64,000 bases of DNA, taken from assembly GCA_025054775.1 (NCBI GenBank), contig JANWZA010000030.1, forward strand, positions 25,623 through 89,622, read 5' to 3'. The stretch is from Microscillaceae bacterium (GTDB lineage Bacteria > Bacteroidota > Bacteroidia > Cytophagales > Microscillaceae). Made by a program: the position numbers and the translations under genes. Shown in pieces: positions 1 through 8,234 of the stretch. Numbering within the stretch: position 1 is the first letter of the stretch; each line of letters starts with the position of its first letter. The notes beneath the pieces are model-generated. The model did not search any database. It was not told the DNA's origin and worked only from the letters and a program-made list of their open reading frames with translations.

Positions 1-585
1 ATACACGTCAATAAAGTTGGTTCCTGTGTCAAAGTGCAAATCCCACACTTTTTCTGCAATTTCTGCACGTGAGAGCACCCTTTCAGCGTTTTGTAGCATA
101 AAGGTCAAGAGCTTAAATTCTTTAGGGGTAAGGCTAATTTCAATGCCATTTCGCTTTACGGTTTTTGTATGCAAGTTCATTTCAAGGTCGGCATAATTAA
201 GTATAAAACTTGATTGAGTGGTTTTGCTGTGGCGTTTAAGCAAAGCTCTTACCCGTGCTAAAAGCTCTCGCATTTCAAAAGGTTTCACAAGGTAGTCATC
301 CGCACCTGCATCAAATCCTTCTACCTTATCATCAGTAGTACCTAAGGCAGTGAGCATAATAATTGGCATATCGGGGAGTTGGTTACGCAATTCTTTGCAA
401 AGCGTAATACCATCTATTTTAGGCAGAACCACATCTGTAATGATGAGTTGGTAATTGTTTTGTAAGGCTAGCTTTTTACCCATCTGCCCATCATATGCCA
501 CTTCTACCTCAAAGCCATTCTCCTCTAAACTTCGCTTTAGGAGTTCAGATACGCGCGTATCATCTTCAATGATTAAAATTTTCAT
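1..585 (-). CDS. OmpR/PhoB-family response regulator (REC + winged helix), 3' end cut by window edge
   Basis: Absent from the ORF track because it runs off the window. Reverse translation from the ATG at 585-583 gives MKILIIEDDTRVSELLKRSLEENGFEVEVAYDGQ...DVVLPKIDGITLCKELR...GADDYLVKPFEMRELLARVRALLKR...TPKEFKLLTFMLQNAERVLSRAEIAEKVWD...TNFIDVY. This shows a receiver-domain acidic pocket plus an OmpR-type DNA-binding domain. Confidence 0.85.
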   Translation of the reverse strand, partial: MKILIIEDDTRVSELLKRSLEENGFEVEVAYDGQMGKKLALQNNYQLIITDVVLPKIDGITLCKELRNQLPDMPIIMLTALGTTDDKVEGFDAGADDYLVKPFEMRELLARVRALLKRHSKTTQSSFILNYADLEMNLHTKTVKRNGIEISLTPKEFKLLTFMLQNAERVLSRAEIAEKVWDLHFDTGTNFIDVY

Positions 586-658
586 TACTTGCTCTAAAAG
601 AAACTACTCAACAGTAATGCCCCAAATTATGAGAACTACCAATTACATCTTTATGAGC

Positions 659-1297
659 TTAAAAAATATCTACTGCTAAGGAAAAGAACACATATTTTTC
701 GTTCACTTGTTTGTACTCGGCATGCAGTGGACTATCTGTAGTAAGGGCGACTTGAATCAAGCCAATTCCTGCTCCTTTACTTCGCTCCTTTTGGGGAGCG
801 GAGCGTTGTTGGCGTTTATATTCTCTCAATGCTTCTCTATCCATAGAATTGATAATATTGCAACTTTCTATTAAATCTTTGATGTACTCAACTTCTACCA
901 AATTTCCGCAAGCAAAGGTGTAGGTTTCCGTTTCAACATTTTGCGTTATTAGGATAGTTCCCACGCTATCGTTTCTACCTCCAAAGTTTATTTTCTCTGC
1001 AGAATAGTATAAGATATTTTGGGCTAATTCCATGAAAACCGCAAAAATCTTTCGCCCTATTTGCGGATTAGCAGAAAGTTTAGCGCGTATATCTCGGCTT
1101 ATTTCAGCTAAAATTACATCGGTTACGGGTCCCTTATAGGAAATAAGCACATTTCGTTTGTTAGTAAGCATGTAATAATCATACAAGCTAAACTCAGGAA
1201 ATTTATCCTTTTCTTTTTCTTCTACCATATTACTAAACAAATTGAGTGAGACAATAGAAAAATTTAGCTCAAAAATACTTCTTTTTTCCAAATTCAA
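659..1297 (-). CDS. SiaB-like / RsbW-like kinase-fold protein (HATPase-like)
   Basis: 212-aa ORF. The pattern NVLISYKGPVTDVILAEISRDIR...IFAVFMELAQNILYYSAEK and the C-terminal KGAGIGLIQVA (G-x-G ATP-lid-like) match my recollection of SiaB-family serine/threonine kinases. It lies 73 nt upstream of the response regulator on the same strand. The true start may be the internal Met at about 1228. Confidence 0.5.
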   Translation of the reverse strand: MNLEKRSIFELNFSIVSLNLFSNMVEEKEKDKFPEFSLYDYYMLTNKRNVLISYKGPVTDVILAEISRDIRAKLSANPQIGRKIFAVFMELAQNILYYSAEKINFGGRNDSVGTILITQNVETETYTFACGNLVEVEYIKDLIESCNIINSMDREALREYKRQQRSAPQKERSKGAGIGLIQVALTTDSPLHAEYKQVNEKYVFFSLAVDIF

Positions 1298-1460
1298 ATG
1301 CTTTTATGAATTTATTTTTACTTTATTTTCAGTAAATTAGTAGGTGTTCAAAAATTAACAAAAGCATAATTTTATTTTCTTGTTATTTTTAGTGTTAAGT
1401 TGTAAAATTGTAGTTAGATTCACTATATTTATGACTTTTATACAAAACTTCACGCCTGCC

Positions 1461-2576
1461 ATGAAAAAAGTCGTTTTTTCTCTCATATTACTCAATTTAT
1501 TCCACCAACTAAGTTTCGCATGGGGCTTTTTTGCACACCAACGTATCAATCGATTAGCAGTTTTTACCCTTCCTCCCGAAATGATACGTTTCTACAAATA
1601 TTATATTGTTTACCTTACCGAAAATGCTGTAAATCCTGACAGGCGACGCTACGCTATAGAAGGAGAAGCAGAACGACATTTTATTGATGCTGATGTGTAT
1701 GATAAACGTTATGGCGGTAAAGGCGAGGCAGTTAAAAAGTTACCACGTAGTTGGAAAGATGCCGTAGCCGAACTTACCGAGGATACCCTCAAAACCTATG
1801 GTATTGTGCCTTGGCACATCGTAAAAATAAAACAACGCCTAACTAATGCCTTCAAAAACAAAGATACTAAAGAAATTCTACGCCTCTCAGCTGATTTAGG
1901 ACACTATATTGGTGATGCTAACGTGCCTTTACATACTACCGAAAATTATAACGGACAACTAACAGGACAAAAAGGCATACACAGCCTTTGGGAAAGCCGA
2001 CTGCCCGAACTCTTTTTCGATCAGTACGATTTTTTTGTAGGCAAAGCCGAGTACATACAAGATGTAGAGGCCAAAGCATGGGAAGCTGTAATGAATGCCC
2101 ACGCCGCACTTGACTCAGTATTAGATTTTGAGCGAATTCTTACTAAACGTTTCCCTGAAGACAAAAAATATACCTTGGAAGAGCGAGGAGGCATCATTGT
2201 ACGTACTTATTCTAGACCATTTTCTAAAGCCTATCACGAAATGCTTAACGGACAGGTAGAACGGAGATTGCGTGCCTCTATCAAAATGGTAGGTGATTTC
2301 TGGTACACCTGTTGGGTAGATGCTGGACAACCTAACTTGAATGAATTAATTGATAAAAAATATCAAGACGAACTGCAAAAAGAAGTAGAAGAAAATGAAA
2401 AAGAATGGCAAATCGGAAAAATAAAAGCACGCCCCCATGAGTCTATGCTTAAAGACTATCCTTTTGAGGAACTAAAAGCTAGTACAAATTCTCACGCTTG
2501 TTGCTACCGAAATCCTTATTTGGCTTATTATCAACGTAAACTAAAAAATGACAAGAAAAATAACCTCTTGAAATAA
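1461..2576 (+). CDS. zinc-dependent phospholipase C / S1-P1 nuclease-like family protein, secreted
   Basis: Start trimmed to MKKVVFSLILLNLFHQLSFA, a signal peptide followed by WGFFAHQRINRLAV. His/Asp-rich metal-ligand-like motifs are present (ERHFIDADVY, LGHYIGDANVPLHTTENYNG). Confidence 0.55.
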   Translation: MKKVVFSLILLNLFHQLSFAWGFFAHQRINRLAVFTLPPEMIRFYKYYIVYLTENAVNPDRRRYAIEGEAERHFIDADVYDKRYGGKGEAVKKLPRSWKDAVAELTEDTLKTYGIVPWHIVKIKQRLTNAFKNKDTKEILRLSADLGHYIGDANVPLHTTENYNGQLTGQKGIHSLWESRLPELFFDQYDFFVGKAEYIQDVEAKAWEAVMNAHAALDSVLDFERILTKRFPEDKKYTLEERGGIIVRTYSRPFSKAYHEMLNGQVERRLRASIKMVGDFWYTCWVDAGQPNLNELIDKKYQDELQKEVEENEKEWQIGKIKARPHESMLKDYPFEELKASTNSHACCYRNPYLAYYQRKLKNDKKNNLLK

Positions 2577-2730
2577 GAGTCAAGAAACTCTAACTCCTAA
2601 ATATAGAGTTTTCAGCCACGTTTTTGAATTTACATACAGATAAAACAAGTCTAATACTGTATATTTGTCTGTATATTTGTATTTTACTTTTCAAAAGTTT
2701 CAAACGTTTTATTTCAAAAAAGTAAGTTTT

Positions 2731-3204
2731 ATGAAGTCCCAAGTAATCGGTTATTTTTTCCTGTTTGCAGCTCTATTAGCCTGTCAATCAGATAAAGCAT
2801 ACAAGATATTTTACACCTTTTCTGACATACGTTGGGAACGAAAAGAGATAGTAACTTTATCCCAAGAAATTAACTTTCAAGATATTAAGAAAGCGAAGTT
2901 AGGCATAAGTTTACGGCATGTTTCACATATTTTTTTGGAAAAACTGCCTTTGGAAATACTTATACAAGAACCCAACGGCAAGACCACGAACCTCTCGGTA
3001 GAAATGCCTTTGCGTGATACACAAAGTAAAAAATTACTCGGAGAGGCAGTAGGTGATATTTGTGATACTGATTTTTTGACAGACTTTTCATTTGACGTAA
3101 AACAAAGTGGGAAATACACCTTCACGATAAAACACAATTTTAGAGAGGAGAAACTGGGGGATGTGATTAAGATAGGTATTTTTGTAAAAAAATTAAGCGA
3201 ATAA
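2731..3204 (+). CDS. gldH: gliding-motility lipoprotein GldH-like
   Basis: Start trimmed to MKSQVIGYFFLFAALLACQSD (lipobox LLAC). Size of about 157 aa and the layout W-x-K..V, RH...., EPNG, G.A.GD, SGKYTF.IKH resemble GldH as I remember it. Not verified by search. Confidence 0.5.
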   Translation: MKSQVIGYFFLFAALLACQSDKAYKIFYTFSDIRWERKEIVTLSQEINFQDIKKAKLGISLRHVSHIFLEKLPLEILIQEPNGKTTNLSVEMPLRDTQSKKLLGEAVGDICDTDFLTDFSFDVKQSGKYTFTIKHNFREEKLGDVIKIGIFVKKLSE

Positions 3205-3566
3205 AGGAAAGGTTTGTGCATTAAAATATTTAACTTAATTTCAGATTATCGTGCGGCAAATTAGCTATGTTTTTTAGGTGTTCTTTTTGCTTTTTTACTC
3301 TGGGGCTTAGAAGGAAAAAAGCTTTTTCTTTTATAGCGCTCATGTTAAGGGAGGGCATCGGGTAAGCAGTATTTGAGAGATGCGGCACAATTTGATTGGA
3401 GGTGAGAGTTGCTATGCGAAAAGTAAAGCTAACTACTGAAAAATAGTAAAGAATTTTGAAGTTTCTGTTGATTTTGTGTTGAAAGCTCAAAGAGAGAAGG
3501 GTTATAGTTCGTCGGTGTTGCCTCAAAATGTATGATATAGGTAATTTCATATCACCCAAAATTTTT

Positions 3567-6500
3567 TTAGTTTTCTCTAAAACCTAACCAAATGAGCAAA
3601 CGTTTGAGAGCATTAAAATAAAGCGTATAATAAAGTACTATATTCATACACCAAATAATAAACACATTGTACCAAAGTGTGTCTAAATAGGTACCAAAAA
3701 AACACTTCTCAGGGGCAAAAAAGTGTGCTCTAATGTCGGTAGGAGTTTTATAGATAGGATAAATTTTTTGGATAAGACGATTATCTGACTCTAAAATAAA
3801 GTTGTCATCTTCTATATTCTTAACCATTCGTGCAATAGCATCGTTAAAGTAGGTTTCATAAAGTTGTTTGATGTATCTTTTGCCTTTGGTTTTTTCTAAG
3901 TCTTCTAAAATTTTCTCTCGGCTTGCGCGATTATATTGGAGTTGTTGGCTGTAAAAGAGGCTCAATCGCTTAATGAGTTGCTTACATTCGTGTAGAACAT
4001 TCTCGTTAAATTTATCAAAAGAGAGGTTGTTGAGTAAATTGTCTATTTGTAGGTGGTGGAGTTCGGCTTCGTTAGCTAATTCATTTTTCAAAAGTTCTAA
4101 TTCACGTTTTACTTTGCTTTGGGTTTCAACATCTTTACTATAGATATTCCAAAAGCAAAAATCAGCTTGAGTTTCCAAATTAGGCAGATAATAGACTTTC
4201 TTGTATTGTGCTGTGGCAATGGTTTTGTCAATATCGTAAAACAATCTTTCATAAGGATTATCTTTGAATTGTGTAACCATGAGTGCCTCGTAAGCCCATC
4301 GCGAAGCCATAAGGTCTCCTAAAAGGGGTACACGCTCTTTGGGAACAACGTCAGGGTTCATGCGATCAAATTTGACTACAATACCTCCTAAAATAATTTG
4401 CGGTATAAGCAAAATAGGAATAAGTATATAGATATTAACAGTTTGGTTAAAGCTTGCTGAAATATTTAGCCCAAGCATATTAGCAAAACAAGCAGCAGAG
4501 AATAGCACAACCCAATATTGCCAAAACATTCCTCGTATTTGCAAGGTGGTATTTCCTACTAATACAACTAAAAAAGACTGTACAAGAGCGAAAGTAAAAA
4601 GCATCACAATTTTAGAGAGCAAATAGCTATTACGGCTCATGTGCAGGAATGACTCTCGCTTAAAAATTCGCCTATCGCGTACTATCTCTTCGGCACTGAT
4701 AGTTAGTCCTACAAAAAGCGAAATGATAATACTGATAAAGATATAAACAGGAATGTTCTCGTTATCAGCATAGATGTAATGTCCTGTATTATCCTTTCCT
4801 ACAAAATAAAAGCGGTTGGTATAAGCAATCAAGAAAGCTAGAATAGGAGCCTGTAAAAGGTTGATAATCAAATATTGGCGATTGTTAAGCTTAGTTAAAA
4901 AATCACGTTGTAAAAAGATGAAAAACTGCTTGATGCGGTTAGGTACGCGAATAGTAGGCTGTATAGGTTCTGAAGCATGAGTAATGACAGGAGGGGGAAT
5001 ATTTTTCTTAAAAAGTTCGTTCCATTGCTGAGGAGTAATTTTACGTTTTTGGGTTAGTTTGCCGTATTCATTCACGAGGCGGGTATCTAAAATATCAAAA
5101 ATTTGCTCTGCGTTTACATTCCCACACTCGTGGCATTCAGCTTGGTCGCTATTGAGTTGGTTAGTAATTTGCTTAAAATAGATAATAGCATCAAGCGGAT
5201 TGCCATAATAGACAGGATAGCCATTAGTATCTAAAACGTAAATCTTATCAAACATCTTAAAAATATCTGAGGAGGGCTGATGAATGACAGTAAAAATAAT
5301 TTTTCCACTGCGGGTAAGTTCTTTAAGAAGTTCCATGAGGGTTTCTGAGTCACGCGAGGAAAGCCCCGAGGTAGGCTCATCAAGGAAAAGGATAGCGGGG
5401 TTTCGCATGAGTTCTAAGGCTATATTGAGGCGTTTACGTTGTCCGCCGCTAATCGTTTTATCTAAACTTGAACCTACACGCATATCTTTAATCTCCTCTA
5501 GACCCAGATCTTTTAAGGTTTTTATTACCAATTCGTGGATTTGCTTTTCAGAGTAGTCAGCAAAGCAAAGTTTGGCATCATAATAGAGGTTTTGATAGAC
5601 GGTGAGTTCATCAATCAATAAATCGTTTTGTGGCACATAACCAATTACTCCTTCAAATTTGTACTTTTTAATACTAATATCTACACCATTGATAAGGATT
5701 TTACCACTTTGTACCTTTTTATTACCATTCAAAATTTCTAGTAAAGTAGTTTTGCCTGAGCCACTAGGCCCCATAATTCCTATCAAAGTACCTGAGCTTT
5801 CGGCTATGGTAATATTTTGTAAGTTTAATTTACCATCCCTAAACCTGAAGTGGAGATTTTCAGCAACGTAGGTAATGGGCTTATAGGTCTTCTCCCCTTT
5901 AAGGTATTGGCTGGTAACCAAGCTATGGTGAATAGGCTTATTTTTACCACCGCGAATAGTACTGCCTACAGGAAAGATGGCTACTTGGTTGTTTTCAATA
6001 GGTAGGCTGTTGAGTTCGTAATTAGCTGTACCTAAATACTTTACCAAAATAGTATCTAGCTCTTCCAAATTTAGAAAGGCAAACACCCCTTGCACGTGGG
6101 GCTTGAAATAGTGAAAATTGACACAGGGTTCAGTACTGCTACTAATAACAAGCGTATTTGGAATATATTTTTGAAAAAAATTGCGCGTAAGAACAAATTT
6201 TTCTATTTGTTCATAAACTTTGGTAGAAAGGTGGAGCATACAAGCTACGGTATAAGCAAAATCTCGTTCATGGACTGAAAGCATTTCAGCGGGAGCCATG
6301 AATTCCAAGATTTGCGCCACTACCATTACCTTTTGGGTTTCAGTAAGTTCTTGATTGATATTGATGCAGATCTTGAGCGTAAGTATGCTATCGCGTACTG
6401 AGAGTAGTTTCTTTTTCCCCTCGTAAAAGTTTTTTTTTCTTTTTTGGTAGGGTAATATTTTTTCTTTGGCAAAGTCATCAAATATCATTAAATAGTCTGC

Positions 6501-6635
6501 TACGGTATCATCATTAAGTTGTTTGACTAGAAAACGTTTCATAATAGATCGTGCATTTACATACTTTGATACTCCCCCTAGGCGGGCTACTATACCAAAT
6601 AACTGGATAAGTTGTATTAGCAATTTCTCGCTCAT
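3567..6635 (-). CDS. ABCG(White)-like ABC transporter, fused ATPase + ABC-2 permease, with long N- and C-terminal extensions
   Basis: Walker A GPSGSGKTT, signature ISGGQRKRLNIALEL, Walker B ILFLDEPTSGLS, and the ABCG-typical IHQPSSDIFKMFDKIYVLD. These are followed by about 6 TM helices. About 290 aa precede the NBD, and about 230 aa of coiled-coil-rich sequence plus a terminal TM helix follow the permease. Start trimmed to MSEKLLIQ at 6635. Confidence 0.85.
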   Translation of the reverse strand: MSEKLLIQLIQLFGIVARLGGVSKYVNARSIMKRFLVKQLNDDTVADYLMIFDDFAKEKILPYQKRKKNFYEGKKKLLSVRDSILTLKICININQELTETQKVMVVAQILEFMAPAEMLSVHERDFAYTVACMLHLSTKVYEQIEKFVLTRNFFQKYIPNTLVISSSTEPCVNFHYFKPHVQGVFAFLNLEELDTILVKYLGTANYELNSLPIENNQVAIFPVGSTIRGGKNKPIHHSLVTSQYLKGEKTYKPITYVAENLHFRFRDGKLNLQNITIAESSGTLIGIMGPSGSGKTTLLEILNGNKKVQSGKILINGVDISIKKYKFEGVIGYVPQNDLLIDELTVYQNLYYDAKLCFADYSEKQIHELVIKTLKDLGLEEIKDMRVGSSLDKTISGGQRKRLNIALELMRNPAILFLDEPTSGLSSRDSETLMELLKELTRSGKIIFTVIHQPSSDIFKMFDKIYVLDTNGYPVYYGNPLDAIIYFKQITNQLNSDQAECHECGNVNAEQIFDILDTRLVNEYGKLTQKRKITPQQWNELFKKNIPPPVITHASEPIQPTIRVPNRIKQFFIFLQRDFLTKLNNRQYLIINLLQAPILAFLIAYTNRFYFVGKDNTGHYIYADNENIPVYIFISIIISLFVGLTISAEEIVRDRRIFKRESFLHMSRNSYLLSKIVMLFTFALVQSFLVVLVGNTTLQIRGMFWQYWVVLFSAACFANMLGLNISASFNQTVNIYILIPILLIPQIILGGIVVKFDRMNPDVVPKERVPLLGDLMASRWAYEALMVTQFKDNPYERLFYDIDKTIATAQYKKVYYLPNLETQADFCFWNIYSKDVETQSKVKRELELLKNELANEAELHHLQIDNLLNNLSFDKFNENVLHECKQLIKRLSLFYSQQLQYNRASREKILEDLEKTKGKRYIKQLYETYFNDAIARMVKNIEDDNFILESDNRLIQKIYPIYKTPTDIRAHFFAPEKCFFGTYLDTLWYNVFIIWCMNIVLYYTLYFNALKRLLIWLGFREN

Positions 6636-6674
6636 GCTTTTGCAGGGATGATAGGGCAGCGGGTTGGTTTCCTG

Positions 6675-6682
6675 CAAATATA
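6675..6682 (-). promoter_or_regulatory. putative Bacteroidetes -7 box (TATATTTG) upstream of the ABCG-like gene
   Basis: The minus strand reads TTATATTTGCAGG, matching TAnnTTTG about 39 nt upstream of the ATG at 6635. No well-spaced -33 TTTG is present. It sits in the 153-nt gap after the OMF gene. Confidence 0.3.
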
Positions 6683-6788
6683 ACAAAAAAGCAAAAGAAA
6701 GGCTAAAAAAAATGAAGGAGTACCATAGGAAAGCAGAAATTTGTAATTTTTTTCAAACCCTTGTCAAAGTTTTGCTTTCTTATCTTAA

Positions 6789-8222
6789 TTATTGCCACCC
6801 ACCTCCTAAGACTTCATACATCTTGACGAAGGCGTTCATTTGTCGCTTTTTTATCTCTACTAATTCCATTTTGGCTTCTAAGGCATCGCGTTGGGTGAGT
6901 AGAATTTCTACATAATCGGCACGCGCCGATTTGAACAAATTGACCACAATATTTACCGACCTATTCATTGCCTCTACTTGTTTGTATTTCCAAGTATAGC
7001 TTTGGGCTAAATTTTTGAAGTTATGTAGTTGGTTTTGCACCTCTACAAAGGCATTGAGCAAGGTTTGCTCATATTGCAAAAGTGCCTGAATTTGTTTAGC
7101 ACTTGCCGTATAGTACTCAGCTTTTATGGCACTTTTATTGACTAACGGAGCAACCAACCCACCTACCACATTGATAAAAGCAGATTCAAGGCTTGTAACC
7201 AAGTACTTAGGGTTGAAGGCGGCAATGCCCATATCTGCCGTGAGAGTGAGTGCTGGCAAAAACCTAGCTCTGGCTACCTGCACATCTAATTTGGTTGCTT
7301 CTACGTTCAACGTTGCCTGCCGAATATCAGGGCGATTATCTAACAGTTGAGAGGGAATACCTACGGCAAGGCTGTCGGTAGGTAGGTTAAAAAACTGCTT
7401 GGCGTTTCGCTTAATGGGTTGTGGAAATCGCCCTGCCAAAAAGTTGAGGTAATTTTCCATTTGCACAATTTGTTGCTGAATTTCATATTTAAGGCTTTGG
7501 TTTTTGCTCACCTCTGCCTCAAACCTTCGCACCGCTAATTCTGTTACTTGCCCTGCATTTTTTTCAAGGTTAATAATTTTGAGAGCATTTTGCTGAATTT
7601 CAATATTTTGTTGCAAAATTTCTAAATAATTGTCTAATGCCAATAATTCGTAATAAACGTGAGCCATTTCAGAAATGAGCTTGGTTTGTGCCAAATTTCT
7701 GCCCTCTATGGTAGCCAGATACCTCAAAACAGCCGATTTCTTTGCTTTGCGTAGTCGTTTCCAAATATCTACTTCCCACGAAACATTTGCCGAAAGCATA
7801 AAATTGGGCAATACTTCGGGAATTTTTTTGCCTTCGGTAATGTCAGTACTTGCATCTACTGCCCCAAAGCGGGTATAGCGTGGTGTTTTTTCGACACCAA
7901 CCACACCACCTATGGTAGCAAACGGAAGGTATGCCCCGCGCCTCAGACGTACTTCATTTTGGGCAATTTCTATCTCTTGGCGTATGATATTTAGTTCTTG
8001 GTTGTTTTTCAAAGCAGTATCAATCAAAGCAATAAGATTTTGGTCTTTGAAAAATTGTTTCCACTGAATTTTTGCTACATTAGTAGTATCTTTTTCTGAA
8101 CGATACTGTGCGGGCATTTGTAGTGCCGAATTGCATTGCAACAAAGCGGGTAATTTACAGGCTTGTATAAGTCCTAACAAACTAACCACGAGTACAAAAT
8201 TGATATATTTTCGTGTAAGCAT
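6789..8222 (-). CDS. RND efflux outer-membrane factor (TolC/NodT-family lipoprotein)
   Basis: 477 aa with a lipoprotein signal (LLGLIQAC) and two repeated coiled-coil/beta halves typical of OMF proteins. It begins 12 nt downstream of the RND pump gene. Confidence 0.85.
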   Translation of the reverse strand: MLTRKYINFVLVVSLLGLIQACKLPALLQCNSALQMPAQYRSEKDTTNVAKIQWKQFFKDQNLIALIDTALKNNQELNIIRQEIEIAQNEVRLRRGAYLPFATIGGVVGVEKTPRYTRFGAVDASTDITEGKKIPEVLPNFMLSANVSWEVDIWKRLRKAKKSAVLRYLATIEGRNLAQTKLISEMAHVYYELLALDNYLEILQQNIEIQQNALKIINLEKNAGQVTELAVRRFEAEVSKNQSLKYEIQQQIVQMENYLNFLAGRFPQPIKRNAKQFFNLPTDSLAVGIPSQLLDNRPDIRQATLNVEATKLDVQVARARFLPALTLTADMGIAAFNPKYLVTSLESAFINVVGGLVAPLVNKSAIKAEYYTASAKQIQALLQYEQTLLNAFVEVQNQLHNFKNLAQSYTWKYKQVEAMNRSVNIVVNLFKSARADYVEILLTQRDALEAKMELVEIKKRQMNAFVKMYEVLGGGWQ

Positions 8223-8234
8223 AGTTTCAAAAAG

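Noticed and set aside
3205-3566. 360-nt convergent spacer between gldH-like and ABCG-like genes, including ORF 3230-3559 (109 aa, minus strand)
   Set aside because: The ORF has no start context, no recognisable motifs and an odd composition. I found no convincing conserved RNA motif (RNase P, SRP, tmRNA or riboswitch cores) or strong hairpin. It is left unannotated, though Rfam and RNA-seq could revisit it.
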